Assembly: GCF_004010195.1 (NCBI RefSeq)
Contig: NC_057719.1
Span: 8,412,442 to 8,453,716, forward strand
Source of the DNA: Chiloscyllium plagiosum
Lineage: Eukaryota
Reading direction: 5' to 3'
Length of the DNA: 41,275 nucleotides
Numbering within the stretch: position 1 is the stretch's first letter; every line of letters begins with the position of its first letter. Made by a program: the position numbers and the translations under genes. Below are positions 22,212 to 32,967 of this stretch, piece after piece. Below the pieces are notes generated by a model. That model was not told the DNA's origin and made no database searches. It saw only the letters and a list, made by a program, of their open reading frames with translations.

Positions 22212-22327
22212 AACCAAAAGGACTGCGGATGCTGGAAGTCAGAAACAAAAACAGAAATTGCTGGAAAAGCTCAGCAGGTCTGGCAGCACCTGTGGAGAGA
22301 AATCAGAGTTAACTTTCAGGTCCGGTG
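22212..22327 (-). mobile_element. PLE family 2 terminal repeat
   Basis: CTGCGGATGCTGGAA..TTGCTGGAAAAGCTCAGCAGGTCTGGCAGC..CAGAGTTAAC. Confidence 0.8.
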
Positions 22328-22331
22328 GAGG

Positions 22332-22752
22332 TCAGTACAATTATAACACTTAAAAGGCATCTGGATGGGTATGTGAATAGGAAGGGTTTAGAGGGATATG
22401 GGCTGGGTGCTGGCAAATGGGACCGAGCTTGGATTGGGATATCTGACAAATGGGACTAGATTGGATTGGGATATCTAGCAAATGGGACTAGATTGGATTG
22501 GGATATCTGGCAATGGGACTAGATTGGATTGGGATATCTGACAAATGGGACTAGATTGGATTGGGATATCTGGCAATGGGACTAGATTGGATTGGGATAT
22601 CTAGCAAATGGGACTAGATTGGATTGGGATATCTGGCAATGGGACTAGATTGGATTGGGATATCTGACAATGGGACTAGATTGGATTGGGATATCTGGTT
22701 GGTTCGGATGGGTTGGACCAAAGGGCCCACTTCCATGCAGTATGAGGCTATG
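22332..22752 (+). mobile_element. CR1 3' end with internal tandem expansion
   Basis: TTAAAAGGCATCTGGATGGGTATGTGAATAGGAAGGGTTTAGAGGGATATGGGC..GGGTTGGACCAAAGGGCC. Confidence 0.9.
22414..22698 (+). repeat. 9 x 31-32 bp tandem repeat CAA(A)TGGGACTAGATTGGATTGGGATATCTRR
   Basis: Units counted directly. Confidence 0.97.
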
Positions 22753-22754
22753 GC

Positions 22755-23935
22755 TCTCCCCCTGGGCACACTCCATTACCCGCACACACTCCACATCCAT
22801 GGACATTAGCATCTGACACATGCCATCCTCTGAGAACATTCTCTGATCCACCTACAGTTTGCTTCAGCCCTTCATTGCTGATCCTCTGGGCACATCAGCA
22901 AATCTCACTGTCACACTGCAGCAAGGACACGCATATGCTCAGGGAGACACTCCCAGCTCAGGGACTGCACCAGGCAGATATGCTCACTCGTACCGAGCCA
23001 GTCTGGTTGCCCAATTTCCAGCTTTGCCCTTCCTTGCTTTTCCTTCTCTGCCGCTTGGTCAGAGCGACAAGGATGCTGGCACTGCTGTTTAACACACATA
23101 CAAAGCCAGGAGACTGGGTAGCAGAGACTGCACTTACCCCAGGTGGCAACCTCTGGCCAGACTGGCATGGTCTGGTATTGTGGCCTCCACTATCAGACTG
23201 GGGAGCGAGGATGTCTCCTGTCTGCACTAGCCCATTCAGTAGGACCGTCAAGTTCCTGTCTGCATGGTGAGTGAAGGACAGTCAGAGGCAGTATCCCTTC
23301 TCATTCGGGCTGAGGAGCTGAATGCCGGGCAGCTCACCTCCTGTCTTGATTCCTCCTGTCAATTTGCGGGCTGTTTTCCTCCTGGAATGAGAGACAGGGA
23401 GATATTAAAGAAGATGAAATGGAGTGACACAGCTGTTACTGTTGGTGCAGGTGGGGAGTGGTCTTGAGTGAGTGACTAAGTAAGCAGACAGCTTTAGTGA
23501 TGCCAGGGGTTGGGGTGGGTGAGAGAGAATGAAGGATGATGCTGCAGGCAATAAAGAGAGAGAAAAAGTGGCTGCATGTGACACTGTAGGCATTGTCACA
23601 GAGACAGGGTGAGTGGGAAGTATCAGAAGGAAGATGGTGGAGAAGGTCACTGACCTTCTTCCTAATCGCAGAGCATTCCTCCAGATGGCTGAGACTGCAC
23701 TTAATGAGGTGGCAACCTCTGGCCAGGCTGACATGGTCTGGTATTATGGCTTCCACTATCTGTCTGGGGAATGAGGGTGTCTCCTGTCTGCACTCCCCCA
23801 TTCAGGAGGACCACCAGGTTCCTGTCTGCACAGCGGAACACCAACTGAGTCTGTTATATTGGGGGCAAGTGTCAGAAACAGTGCAGAGCATTGCCAGAGT
23901 AAGGGAGCATGTTCAGGTGCGTAGCGGCCTCTTAT
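22755..23935 (-). pseudogene. Decayed Harbinger/PIF-transposon-type Myb/SANT-like gene with duplicated first coding segment
   Basis: Frameshifted ADRNLVVLLNG..AWPEVATSLSAVSA..RKKVSDLL (23835-23640); acceptor TCTCCCTGTCTCTCATTCCAG then K(T)A..IKTGGELPGIQLLSPNE (23381-23300); second ADRNLTVLLNG..WPEVAT.VSAVSA copy (23265-23110). Confidence 0.7.
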
Positions 23936-24652
23936 AAGAACTAGGAGAAGGAGTAGGCCATCTGGCCCTTTGAGCCTGCTCCACCATTCCATAAGATCAA
24001 GGCTGATCTTCTCGTGGCCTCAGCTTCACTTACCCGCCCTCTCACCACTACCCTTAATTCCTTTACTGTTCAAAACATTATCTATCTTAGCTTTAAAACA
24101 TGCAATGAGGAAGCCTCAACTCCTTCACTGGGCAGTGACTTCTACAGATTCACAACCCTCTGGGTGAAGAAGTTCCTTCTCAATTCAGTCCTAAATCTGC
24201 TCCCCCTAATTTTAAGGCTATGTCCTCTTGTCCTAGTTTCACCCGCCAGTCAAAACATTCTCTCTATTTCTATCTTACCTTTTCCTTTCATAATTTTATA
24301 TGTTTCTACAAGATTCCCCCTCATTCTTCTAAATTCCAATGAATATAATCCCAGTCTACTCAGTCTCTGCTCATAAGCCAACCCCCTCAACTCCAGAATC
24401 AACCTAGTGAACCTCCCCTGTACCCCCTCCAATGCCAGTACATCCTTTCTCAAGTATGGAGTCCAAAACTGCATGTAATACTCTAGGTGTGGCCTCACCA
24501 GCACCCAACACAGCTGCAACATAAACTCAATCCCTTTAGCAATGATGGACAAAATTCCATTTGCCTTCTTAAATACCTGTTCCACCTGCAGATCAATCTT
24601 CTGTGATTCATATACAAGGACACCCAGATCCCTCTGCACAGCAGCGTGATGC
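23935..24652 (-). mobile_element. CR1 3' portion
   Basis: QRDLGVLV..LVRPHLEYYMQFWTPYLRKDVLALEGVQGRFTRLILELRGLAYEQRLSRLGLYSLEFRRMRGNL. Confidence 0.95.
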
Positions 24653-24859
24653 AATTATTTTTACTGTTCAAATAAAAAATGTCAGCCCACACCAGGATAT
24701 CCCAGTGGCGGTGAGTCATTCCGGCTATGGTGAATGGTATGATGGGGTGGAATTGGGAAAGATACAGGTGAGCTCGGTAATTAATGAGGCAAGTCTGACA
24801 AGTTTGGTGAGAAACCTCATTAGACCTCAAAGCGAGTAACTGTCCTGGAAACTGAACAA

Positions 24860-25090
24860 AACTGGCACTTTGCCAAAAGAAGATTCAGCTCAGGGTGTTG
24901 TCCCAGAAAACCCACACAATTTCAATCCCTCAATTAACATCACAAAAATAGGTAATGTTACCATTGTCAGACCACTGTATGGGAAAGCTTGCTGCATGCA
25001 AATTTCATTGTGATTCTTTCATTACAACACTGAGAACATTTGTTTCATTGGCTACAGTTGTGAAAGATGCTACAGGCATAGAGTCTTTGC
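24860..25090 (+). mobile_element. DeuSINE 3' part
   Basis: ATCCCTCAATTAACATCAC..GCTTGCTGCATGCAAATT..TTCATTGGCT..GTTGTGAAAGATGCTA. Confidence 0.55.
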
Positions 25091-25309
25091 GTGGTACAGC
25101 ATGGAAACAGATCTTTTGGACAACTGCAATCTAAAGCAAAAAGACTCAGTAATATAAACTGGACACGAAAGGAAGATACCGTGTTTTCTACTCTAGCTGT
25201 ACGCTATCAACAAGAATCACTTTATTGAAGCAAAAGTAATTAGAACAACTTCAAGGGATAAAAATTTATTTTAGTGGCCAGTACATTGGATAAAGGCATG
25301 AACTCCATT

Positions 25310-25896
25310 TCCTGAGAACAACCTAGCTCTCAACGCCAGCAAAACCAAGGAACTCATTATTGCCTTTCGGCGGGATGTTACTCATGCCCCCCTACACATT
25401 AACAGCATGAGTGGAGAGTGTCAAGCTCCTGGGAGTGGTCATCCACAACAAGCTTTCTTGGACTCTTCATGTGGATGCACTGGTTACAAAGGCCCAACAA
25501 CGTCTCTTCTTCCTCAGGGAGCTGTGTAAATTTGGCATGACGGTGAATACACTTGCCAACTTTTATAAGTGCTCCATCGAGAACATTCTGTCTGGATGTA
25601 TCACCACCTGGTATAGCAACTGTACTATTCGAAATCAGAGACGGTTACAGAGAGTGGTGAACTCGGCCCAGACAATCACAAAGGCCAACCTCCCATCTAT
25701 AGAATCCATCTACCAGGCTCGCTGTCAAGGAAAGGCCGCCAGAATTCTCAAAGATCCATTCCACCCTGGCAATGTTTTTCTCCAACCTCTACCATCAGGG
25801 AGAAGGTACAGAAGCCTGTACACACGCACCAGCCAGTTTCGCAACAGTTTCTACCCTACTGTTGTTAGAATACTGAATGAACTCACAAACTCTTAA
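25310..25896 (+). mobile_element. Rex1/Babar LINE, RT C-terminus and downstream domain (one frameshift near 25410)
   Basis: ENNLALNASKTKELII.FRR..VESVKLLGV.IHNKLSWTLHVDALVTKAQQRLFFLR..IENILSGCITTWY..LPSGRRYRSL.TRT..FRNSFYP. Confidence 0.92.
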
Positions 25897-25989
25897 CAGA
25901 TTAAAGTAGGGACTATAAAAATCAAGAAATAATGAGACCAAGCTTTTGAAAGGCTGGAGGCCATTGGGGTGTGGGGGTGCATGTAAGTA

Positions 25990-26472
25990 ACATAGAAACT
26001 TAGAAAATAGGAGCAGGACTATGCCATTCGAGCCATTTGTGTCTGCCTCACCATTCCACATGATCACTGCTGATCATCTAACTCTGTATCCTGTTCCCAC
26101 CCCCCCCCCCTTATCTCTTTAAACCTGAGAATTACATCTAAACTCCTTCTTGAAAACATTCAATGTTTTGGCCTCAGTCACTTTCTGTGGCAAAGAATTC
26201 CACAGGCTCCCCACTCTCTGGGGGATAACATTTCTCTTCATCTCAGTCCAAAATGACCTCCTTTGTATCCTTAGACTGTGAACCCTGTTTCTGGACTCCC
26301 CTGATATCAGGAACATTCTTCCTACATTTCTCCCATCTAGTCCTGTTAGAATTTTATAGATTTCTATGACATCCCTTCCCAACTCCATCTTTCTTCTAAA
26401 CCTCAGTGAGTATGCGCCTAACCAATCCAGTCTCTCTTCATACATCAGTCCAGTCATCCCAGGAATCAGTTT
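25990..26472 (-). mobile_element. CR1 3' end
   Basis: LIPGMTGLMYEERLDWLGAYSL..YKILTGLD..PQRVGSLWNSLPQK; CATAGAAACTTAGAAAATAGGAGCAGGA tail. Confidence 0.92.
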
Positions 26473-26949
26473 GGTTGGGTAACTGAATTGTTTGAGAATC
26501 TGGGAAAGATTGGGCTTCTTATAGCATAAACTCAGTGGGCTGAATGGCCTTCCTGTGTGCCCTAATACTGAACAGTACAAAGTTGGGTTGGGAAGCAAGC
26601 AGCGAAGAGGACACCAAGAGGTTACGGAGAAGCTGGAGTTATGATGTGCCCATTGACAAGACCATGGCAAATTGAATACAGTGGAGTGGAATTGGGGGGT
26701 AGCCCTGGTTATATCCATACCTCTGAACCAGGAGGGTTGGGTTCAAGTCCCACCTGGTGTGCCATAACATCTCTGAGCAGGTTGATACAAAATATTTACA
26801 ATGTGGCAGAGTCACTTGGCATTCTAAAATTGATTCTCCCTTCCAAGTTGCTGATTTGAATGCAAATCATTCTTGACCTAACCATTGGAAGTTCTGATCC
26901 CGAAGATAGGTTAGTGCATGACCCCAGGCTACGGGACAGTAAAGTTAAA

Positions 26950-27140
26950 CAAAGAACTGTAACGAAAACAGGACTTCCAGGACAAACTCAGAAATTACCA
27001 AAGAAACACAGCAAGTCTGGCAGTATCTGGGGGGGAGAAAGCAGAGTTAACGTTTTGGGGTCCAGTGACCCTTCTTCAGGACTCTGGTTGGTGACCCGAA
27101 ATGTTAACACTTCCTTCTTTCCACAGACGCTCCCAGACAG
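26950..27140. mobile_element. Palindromic PLE family 2 element (decayed)
   Basis: GTTAACGTTTTGGGGTCCAGTGACCCTTCTTCAG ... GACCCGAAATGTTAAC..CCACAGAC. Confidence 0.7.
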
Positions 27141-27616
27141 GATCTTGCCGATGCCCGTTGAAATGGGGGGGGGAGAGGTAAATGGAGGGGGACATGAGTG
27201 CTGTAAAATCGAAGAGGTACAGCTAACATTATGGCAGCCCCCCAACTGTGAGCTAAAGCCTCCACTTACCTTCCCGAGAGGCAAGGCATCACTCAATATT
27301 ACCATCCAGCCCACACCCCACCTAGAAGTAACATTCCTTTTATCATCTCTTCCTAGCTCCTCCCTCCCCTCACCCACTCATCTTCCCCAGTATTTCAAAT
27401 GACCTTAAACAGAAACAGGGACTGAGATAGCTGATGTTTCCGCAAAGCAAATTTGAAGTAATTTAAGCATTAATAAAATGGTCAATAAAACACATCGAAT
27501 CTCATGCACTCTTCTCCATAAAAAAGGATTTAGAAGCAAATTGAAATGGATGAAGTGGCAGTGACAGTCAATCACATCAAATAATTTCATTGACACTACT
27601 GTAGGATCCGTAAAGT

Positions 27617-27937
27617 GGGTGGCACGGTGGCACAGTGGTTAGCACTGCTGCCTCGCAGCGCCAGAGACCCGGGTTCAATTCCCGCCTCAGGCGACTGGCT
27701 GTGTGGAGTTTGCACATTCTCCCCGTGTCTGCGTGGGTTTCCTCCGGGTGCTCCGGTTTCCTCCCACAGTCACAAAGATGTGCAGGTCAGGTGAATTGGC
27801 CATGCTAAATTGCCCGTAGTGGTAGGTAAGGGGTAGATGTGTAGGGGTATGGGTGGGTTGCGCTTCGGCGGGTCGGTGTGGACTTGTTGGGCCGAAGGGC
27901 CTGTTTCCACACTGTAAAGTAATCTATAAAAAAAAAA
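27617..27937 (+). mobile_element. Full-length, young HE1-type V-SINE
   Basis: A box TGGCACAGTGG, B box GGTTCAATTCC, V-domain, CR1-derived tail GGGCCGAAGGGCCTGTTTCCACACTGTA; CpGs retained. Confidence 0.95.
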
Positions 27938-28094
27938 GGTTCCCTCAAGGGATGGGACATCTGGGGGCAGCTTGTGTTTCTGATGTGGGCTTTGAAGTCT
28001 CTAAGAAATCCACTCAAAAATTCAAAGAAAGCTGCTGTAGCCAACGAACAGAGAGTGTGTGGAACAGGCTGCAATGGGGAAATGGATCAAGGTA

Positions 28095-28300
28095 CAGTCA
28101 CCCTAGTCCCATTCCCTCATTAGGGAGAGAACGAGTGACAATTTTAACTTAAGGGTCACTACACCTCAGGCAAGGGGCAAGGGGCCAGGGGCAAAGTTGA
28201 GAATGAAGGACCCGCATGGTAACCTCAGCTGGTAAAGGCATTGAATTTACCGCGTTAGTGGCATGCTGCATCACTGGCCAGTCAGCCGAGCAAACCAATC
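28095..28300 (-). mobile_element. tRNA-derived SINE (family of 18417-18653)
   Basis: AGGGTCACTACACCTCAGGCAAGGGG..GGTAACCTCAGCTGG. Confidence 0.65.
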
Positions 28301-28549
28301 CCCATTGAAGTGTCGATATATTTAATGAGGACCTTGACGGGGACAAGACAGAGAAAGGATGAGAGGGTGGAAAAGGTGGATTTGAAGAGAGAGGCTGGGA
28401 GGAGGCTCAAGTGGGACATAAACTATAGCATCTATTGATTGGGCCAAATGGCTTGGTTCTGTGCCACATATCCAATCCAATTCTATCTAAAAAGGTTCTC
28501 GAAAACTATTTGTTGGACAAGAATCGCACCTATAGTATTGCACATTTTA

Positions 28550-28940
28550 AGGTGCTGCATGACTCAGAGCAGCAGTTTTACATTTGAGTTGGAAGGCCAT
28601 AGATTTTAAGGGGTTCAGAGAGCTGAAGGTGTAATCCAGGCTCATGTTCCAGTGGTGGACCTGGGGCAGCTGTGGATGTTTTGGATAAACTGAAGTCTCC
28701 CACCTGCCCTCATGGTTAAGGGATCCCATGGCCGCTATTTCAAAGTGAAGCAAGCAGAATTCTCCAGGTTTGCTGGCTAATATCTTTTGCTGAAGCAATT
28801 CACCATTGCAGAGATTCTCGTTGTTTCTTGTGGGATCTTGCTGAGTGCAGATCTGCCACTGTGTCTCTCACATTGTAACAAAGAGCTTGTGGGAGTCTGG
28901 GGGTTGTGAAAGGTGATATATATAAATGTGAATATTTACT
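28550..28940 (+). mobile_element. DeuSINE (SacSINE1-like), decayed
   Basis: GATCCCATGGCCGCTATTTCAAAG..TGTGGGATCTTGCTGAGTGCA..GGTTGTGAAAGGTGATATATATAAATG. Confidence 0.7.
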
Positions 28941-29114
28941 CACATTGCATTTGATTTAAAGCAGCATCAAAAGGCAAAGGCAGCAGATACATGGGGACTC
29001 CAATGCCAAAGTGATCCCGCCCATGTGCCCACACACCATCTTGACTTGGAAATTATTGGCACTCTTTTGGTGTCACAAGGTCAAGATCCTGGAAGTCCCT
29101 CGCTAACAGCATTC

Positions 29115-29321
29115 ACAGAATTATAGAATCCCAACAGTGTGGAAGGAGGCCATTCGGCCCTCTGAACAGCAGCCCACCCATACGCACACCCCTACTCTAT
29201 CTGTGCATTTCCCACAGCCAATCCACTCTAACTTGCACATCTTTGGACTGTGGGAGTAAATTGGAGCACCCAGTGGAAACCCACACAGACACACAGGGAG
29301 GATGTGCAAACCCCACACAGT
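29115..29321 (-). mobile_element. HE1-type SINE lacking its tRNA head (abuts PLE)
   Basis: TGCACATCTTTGGACTGTGGGAG..GGAGCACCC..TGTGCAAAC.CCACACAG. Confidence 0.85.
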
Positions 29322-29982
29322 TACTTCCCTCCAAGGCCCCAAGGGACACTTCCATATCCACCACAAATTCACCTGCACCTCCACACACATCATCTATTGC
29401 ATCCACTGCACCCGATGTGGCCTCCTCTATATTGGGGAGACAAGCCGCCTACTTGCGGAACGTTTCAGAGAACACCTCTGGGACACCCGGACCAACCAAC
29501 CCAACCACCCCATAGCCCAACACTTTAACTCCCCCTCCCACTCCACCAAGGACATGCAGGTCCTTGGCCTCCTCCATCGCCAGACCATGGCAACACGACG
29601 GTTGGAGGAAGAACGCCTCATCTTCTGCTTGGGAACCCTCCAACCACAAGGGATGAACTCAGACTTCTCAGTTTCCTCATTTCCCCTCCCCTCACCTTGT
29701 CTCAGTCAAATCCCTCGAACTCAGCACCGCCTTCCTAACCTGCAATCATCTTCCTGAACTCTCTGCCACGACCCCACTCCGGCCTATCAACCTCACCTTG
29801 ACCTCCCTCCACCTATCGCATTTCCAAAGCCCCTCCCCCAGGTCCCTCCTCCCTACCTTTATCTTAGCCTGCTGGACACACTTTCCTCATTCCTGAAGAA
29901 GAGCTTATGCCCGAAACGTTGATTCTCCTGTTCCTTGGATGCTGCCTGACCTGCTGCGCTTTTCCAGCAACACATTTTCAGC
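29322..29982 (+). mobile_element. PLE family 1 fragment with open GIY-YIG endonuclease domain plus terminal repeat
   Basis: FTCTSTHIIYCIHCTRCGLLYIGETSRLLAERFREHL..PIAQHFNSPSHS..RRLEEERLIFCLGTLQPQGMN; CTGAAGAAGAGCTTATGCCCGAAACGTT at ~29893. Confidence 0.95.
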
Positions 29983-30310
29983 CCCAATAACCTTTGACTC
30001 TCTTGCCAATCTATAATCTTTCTACCTCAATCTTAAAAATATTTCAGGATCCTATCTCCAATGCTGTCTGGAGATGGTTCACAATCTCTTGAAGAGAACA
30101 CAAATTCCTCATCTCCATTTTCAATGGAGCACTGCTTATTTTTAAACTGTGTTCCCCTTGTTCCACTCTCTCTCGTCATAAGAAGTATCCTTTTTTGCAT
30201 CCAGTCTATCAATTCCCCCTTAGGATTTTAGATGTTTTTATTAAGATCACATCTCTTTATTCAGAGCTCCACTACTCACAGACTTAACCTTCACAGAATG
30301 TCTATCCATC
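29983..30310 (-). mobile_element. Old CR1 3' fragment
   Basis: AAATTCCTCATCTCC..TTATTTTTAAACTGTGTTCCCCTTGTTC..AAGATCAC. Confidence 0.65.
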
Positions 30311-30491
30311 AAGCATTCCACCCCCCTACATAACACTGTTTTCATATTGTTAGATTTTTGTAAATAAGATTGTAAAGGCATCAGGTGGTAGTGGCATATG
30401 GAATTAGGTCACAGCTCACCCACAAAAAAAAATACACCTTCAAGGATGAAATGGCATTCTCTCATTCCAAATCTGGGTGTTAACTCAAGTG

Positions 30492-30828
30492 ATTATGGAA
30501 TCCTGACAGGGCAGGAAGAGACCACTTGGCCCATCAAGTTTTCACCAACCTCTCCAAGACCATCCTACCCAGACCCAGGCAAAGGTCCCCACCCTATCCC
30601 TGTAACCCTGCATTTCCCATGAATAATCCACCTAACCTGCACATCCCTAGACACTATGGGTGATATAGGGTGGCTAATCCACCTAACCTGGACTGTGGAT
30701 GGAAACTGGGCAACCTGGCAGAAACCCACGCAGGCAACAGGGAAAATGCGCAAAGTCCACACAGACATTCGTCTGAGGGTGGATTCGAACCCAGATCCAT
30801 GGCTAATCACTGAGTCACCGTGCCACCC
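30492..30828 (-). mobile_element. HE1-type V-SINE
   Basis: ATCCACCTAACCTGCACATC..GAAACCCACGCAG..CACTGAGTCACCGTGCCACCC. Confidence 0.88.
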
Positions 30829-31384
30829 AAATCACTGTCATGCTCTTGAGCTGCCTTTCTGACAACCTGCTCCCTGTTAATTCCTCACCCTTCAATTCCC
30901 TCACTCTCACTGCCTTGAGGACCATTAAGTTGATTCTTGGAACTGTTCTTGGCTTTAAGAACAACTTGATGCATTTGTCATCCCCTTCGTAATCCTTCAT
31001 TGTAGCATTTGGATCGACATTTGCAAACATATCCTGAAGGTGGTGCTGTTTTAGCTCTGTTGCTGAAACCAGCGTCACCTTCAAAGATACAGTTTCCTTG
31101 GTCAGGAACGACAACTGAATTACAGAACCCTCAGCAATCAGAGATATACACACACAGAACAGAAAACAGGCCCTTCGGCCCATCAGCTCTGTACTGCAAA
31201 ACATATGCCACTACCGACACCAGGCCCACTTTCCCTGCACTGGGCCCATAGCCTTGAATGTTATGACACTTGAAGTGCTTATCCAAGTACTTGAGTCTTC
31301 CCATCTCAACAATCCTCCCTGGCAGTGCTGCATTCCTGGAACATAAAACCGAGAACAGTACAGTACAGAAGACCTATCACCAAG

Positions 31385-32015
31385 GCCAAGAATGTTTAGA
31401 ACAGCCATTGTTGGAATCTCTTCCCCGTGGTAGGTGTGTCTGAGACCAAAGGACAGTAAGTTTAAGGTGAGCAGTAAGTAATTTACAGGAATTCCAAGCG
31501 TTTTCCTTTTTAGATTAGATTACTTACAGTGTGGAAACAGGCCCTTCGGACTAACAAGTCCACACTGACCCGTCGAAGCGCAACACACCCAGACCCATTC
31601 CCCTACATTTACCCCTTCACCTAACACTACGGGCAATTTAGCATGGCCAATGCACCTTACCTGCTCATTTTTTGGATTGTGGGAGGAAACCGGAGCACCC
31701 AGAGGAAACCCACGCAGACAATGTGCAAACTCCACACAGAGAGTCACATGAGGCAGGAATTGAACCCGGGTCTCTGGCGCTGTGAGGCAGCAGTGCTAAC
31801 CACTGGATGGTAGAAATATGGACCGTGCTGCCTGAGAGGGTGCTGGAGGCAGGTACACTTGTTATATTCAAGAAGCTCCTGAATGAGCACTTAAAATGCC
31901 AGGACACCGCAGGCTATGGACAAAGTCCAGGTCAGTGGGATTAGCATACATTGGTGTTTGTTGGTTGGCATAGACATGGTGGGCCGAAGGGCCTGATGCT
32001 ATGCTGTGTGACTCG
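31385..32015 (+). mobile_element. CR1 3' end interrupted by HE1
   Basis: CTGAGACCAAAGGACAGTAAGTTTAAGGTGAG|GCTGCCTGAGAGGGTGCTGGAGGCAGGTAC..GGGCCGAAGGGCCTG. Confidence 0.8.
31511..31806 (-). mobile_element. HE1-type V-SINE (young)
   Basis: TAGATTAGATTACTTACAGTGTGGAAACAGGCCCTTCGG tail; GGCGCTGTGAGGCAGCAGTGCTAACCACTG head. Confidence 0.93.
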
Positions 32016-32099
32016 AGTTTGGATATAAATGATAAACGTGGTTGCAATCGGGAATGAAAAAGTCAGAAAATCCTGCAATGTTGTGCTTTCAAGTCTGTT

Positions 32100-32207
32100 G
32101 GTGCCCAGGCTGGCCCCCACCCCTCCTATTTATCTCTCCACTCTGCAGGCACCCTGCCTCTATTCCTGATGAAGGGTTTTGCCCGAAATATCGATTTTCC
32201 TGCTCCT
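32100..32207 (+). mobile_element. PLE family 1 terminal-repeat fragment
   Basis: TTCCTGATGAAGGGTTTTGCCCGAAATATCGATTTTCCTGCTCCT. Confidence 0.8.
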
Positions 32208-32724
32208 ATCAGCATTCTATCTCCCTTCTTTATTGAATAGAGGAGTTATATTTGCTATTTGCCAATCTAATGAAACCTTACCTTAATGTAGAGAGTATTG
32301 AAAAATTAAAACCAACCCATCAATTATCTCACTAATTGCTTCCTTTAAGATCTTATAATGAAATCATCGCAACTCGGGCACTCGTTGGCTCCAGCTCCAA
32401 CAATTTACCCAGTACCTCTCTCCTAATTATTGTAATCACTTCCTCCTCCTCCTCCTCCTCCCCACTTGTTGATCAACTCCATTTCCTTATATATCATTTG
32501 ATTTCCGTTCTATTGAAAAATCATCGGAGTTTTTAAATGGCTGTGGATGGGTCTGCTCTGTTTGTATATGCTGATATTTGCTGAGTCTCATGATCCAAGA
32601 CCTCTCTCAGAAAGTACAAACACACAATTTAACTCATAACGATTCTTTGTCAGTCCTTAGCATCCAAGTAAACTCTCATGTTCAGAATTAGATCCCAACT
32701 CTGATAAATTCAATGTGAGATCTG

Positions 32725-32960
32725 TGGGCTCGGTGGTTAGCACTGTAACCTCACTGTGTCAGGGAACTGGGTTTGATCCCAGCCTCGGGCGACTCTCTGT
32801 ATGGAGTTTGCACATTCTCCCTGTGTCTGTGTGGGTTTCCCCCCACAGTCCAAAGTTGTGCAGGTGAGGTGGATTAGCCATGGCAAAATATGGGTATAGA
32901 GTTGGTCTAGGTGGGATGCTCTTTGGAGGGTTCCTGTTGGCTGAATGGTCTCTTTCATAT
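32725..32960 (+). mobile_element. HE1-type V-SINE with internal deletions
   Basis: GGCTCGGTGGTTAGCACTG..GGAGTTTGCACATTCTCCCTG. Confidence 0.88.
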
Positions 32961-32967
32961 TTTTTCT

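Noticed and set aside
22414..22698. 32-bp repeat of CRISPR-like length
   Set aside because: No spacers; the sequence is an expanded CR1 3' UTR segment
25411..25896. ALKBH8-like/DUF1891 host gene
   Set aside because: Upstream frameshifted RT motif (LALNASKTKELI) shows it is a Rex1/Babar retrotransposon fragment
26860..27402. 180-aa ORF
   Set aside because: Runs through a palindromic PLE remnant and low-complexity DNA; no recognisable domain
27617..27690. tRNA gene
   Set aside because: The A/B boxes belong to the tRNA-derived head of an HE1 SINE, followed by the V-domain and CR1 tail
29302..29757. Host nuclease gene (151-aa ORF)
   Set aside because: 5'-truncated PLE GIY-YIG domain whose apparent start comes from an adjacent antisense SINE; no RT and no promoter evidence
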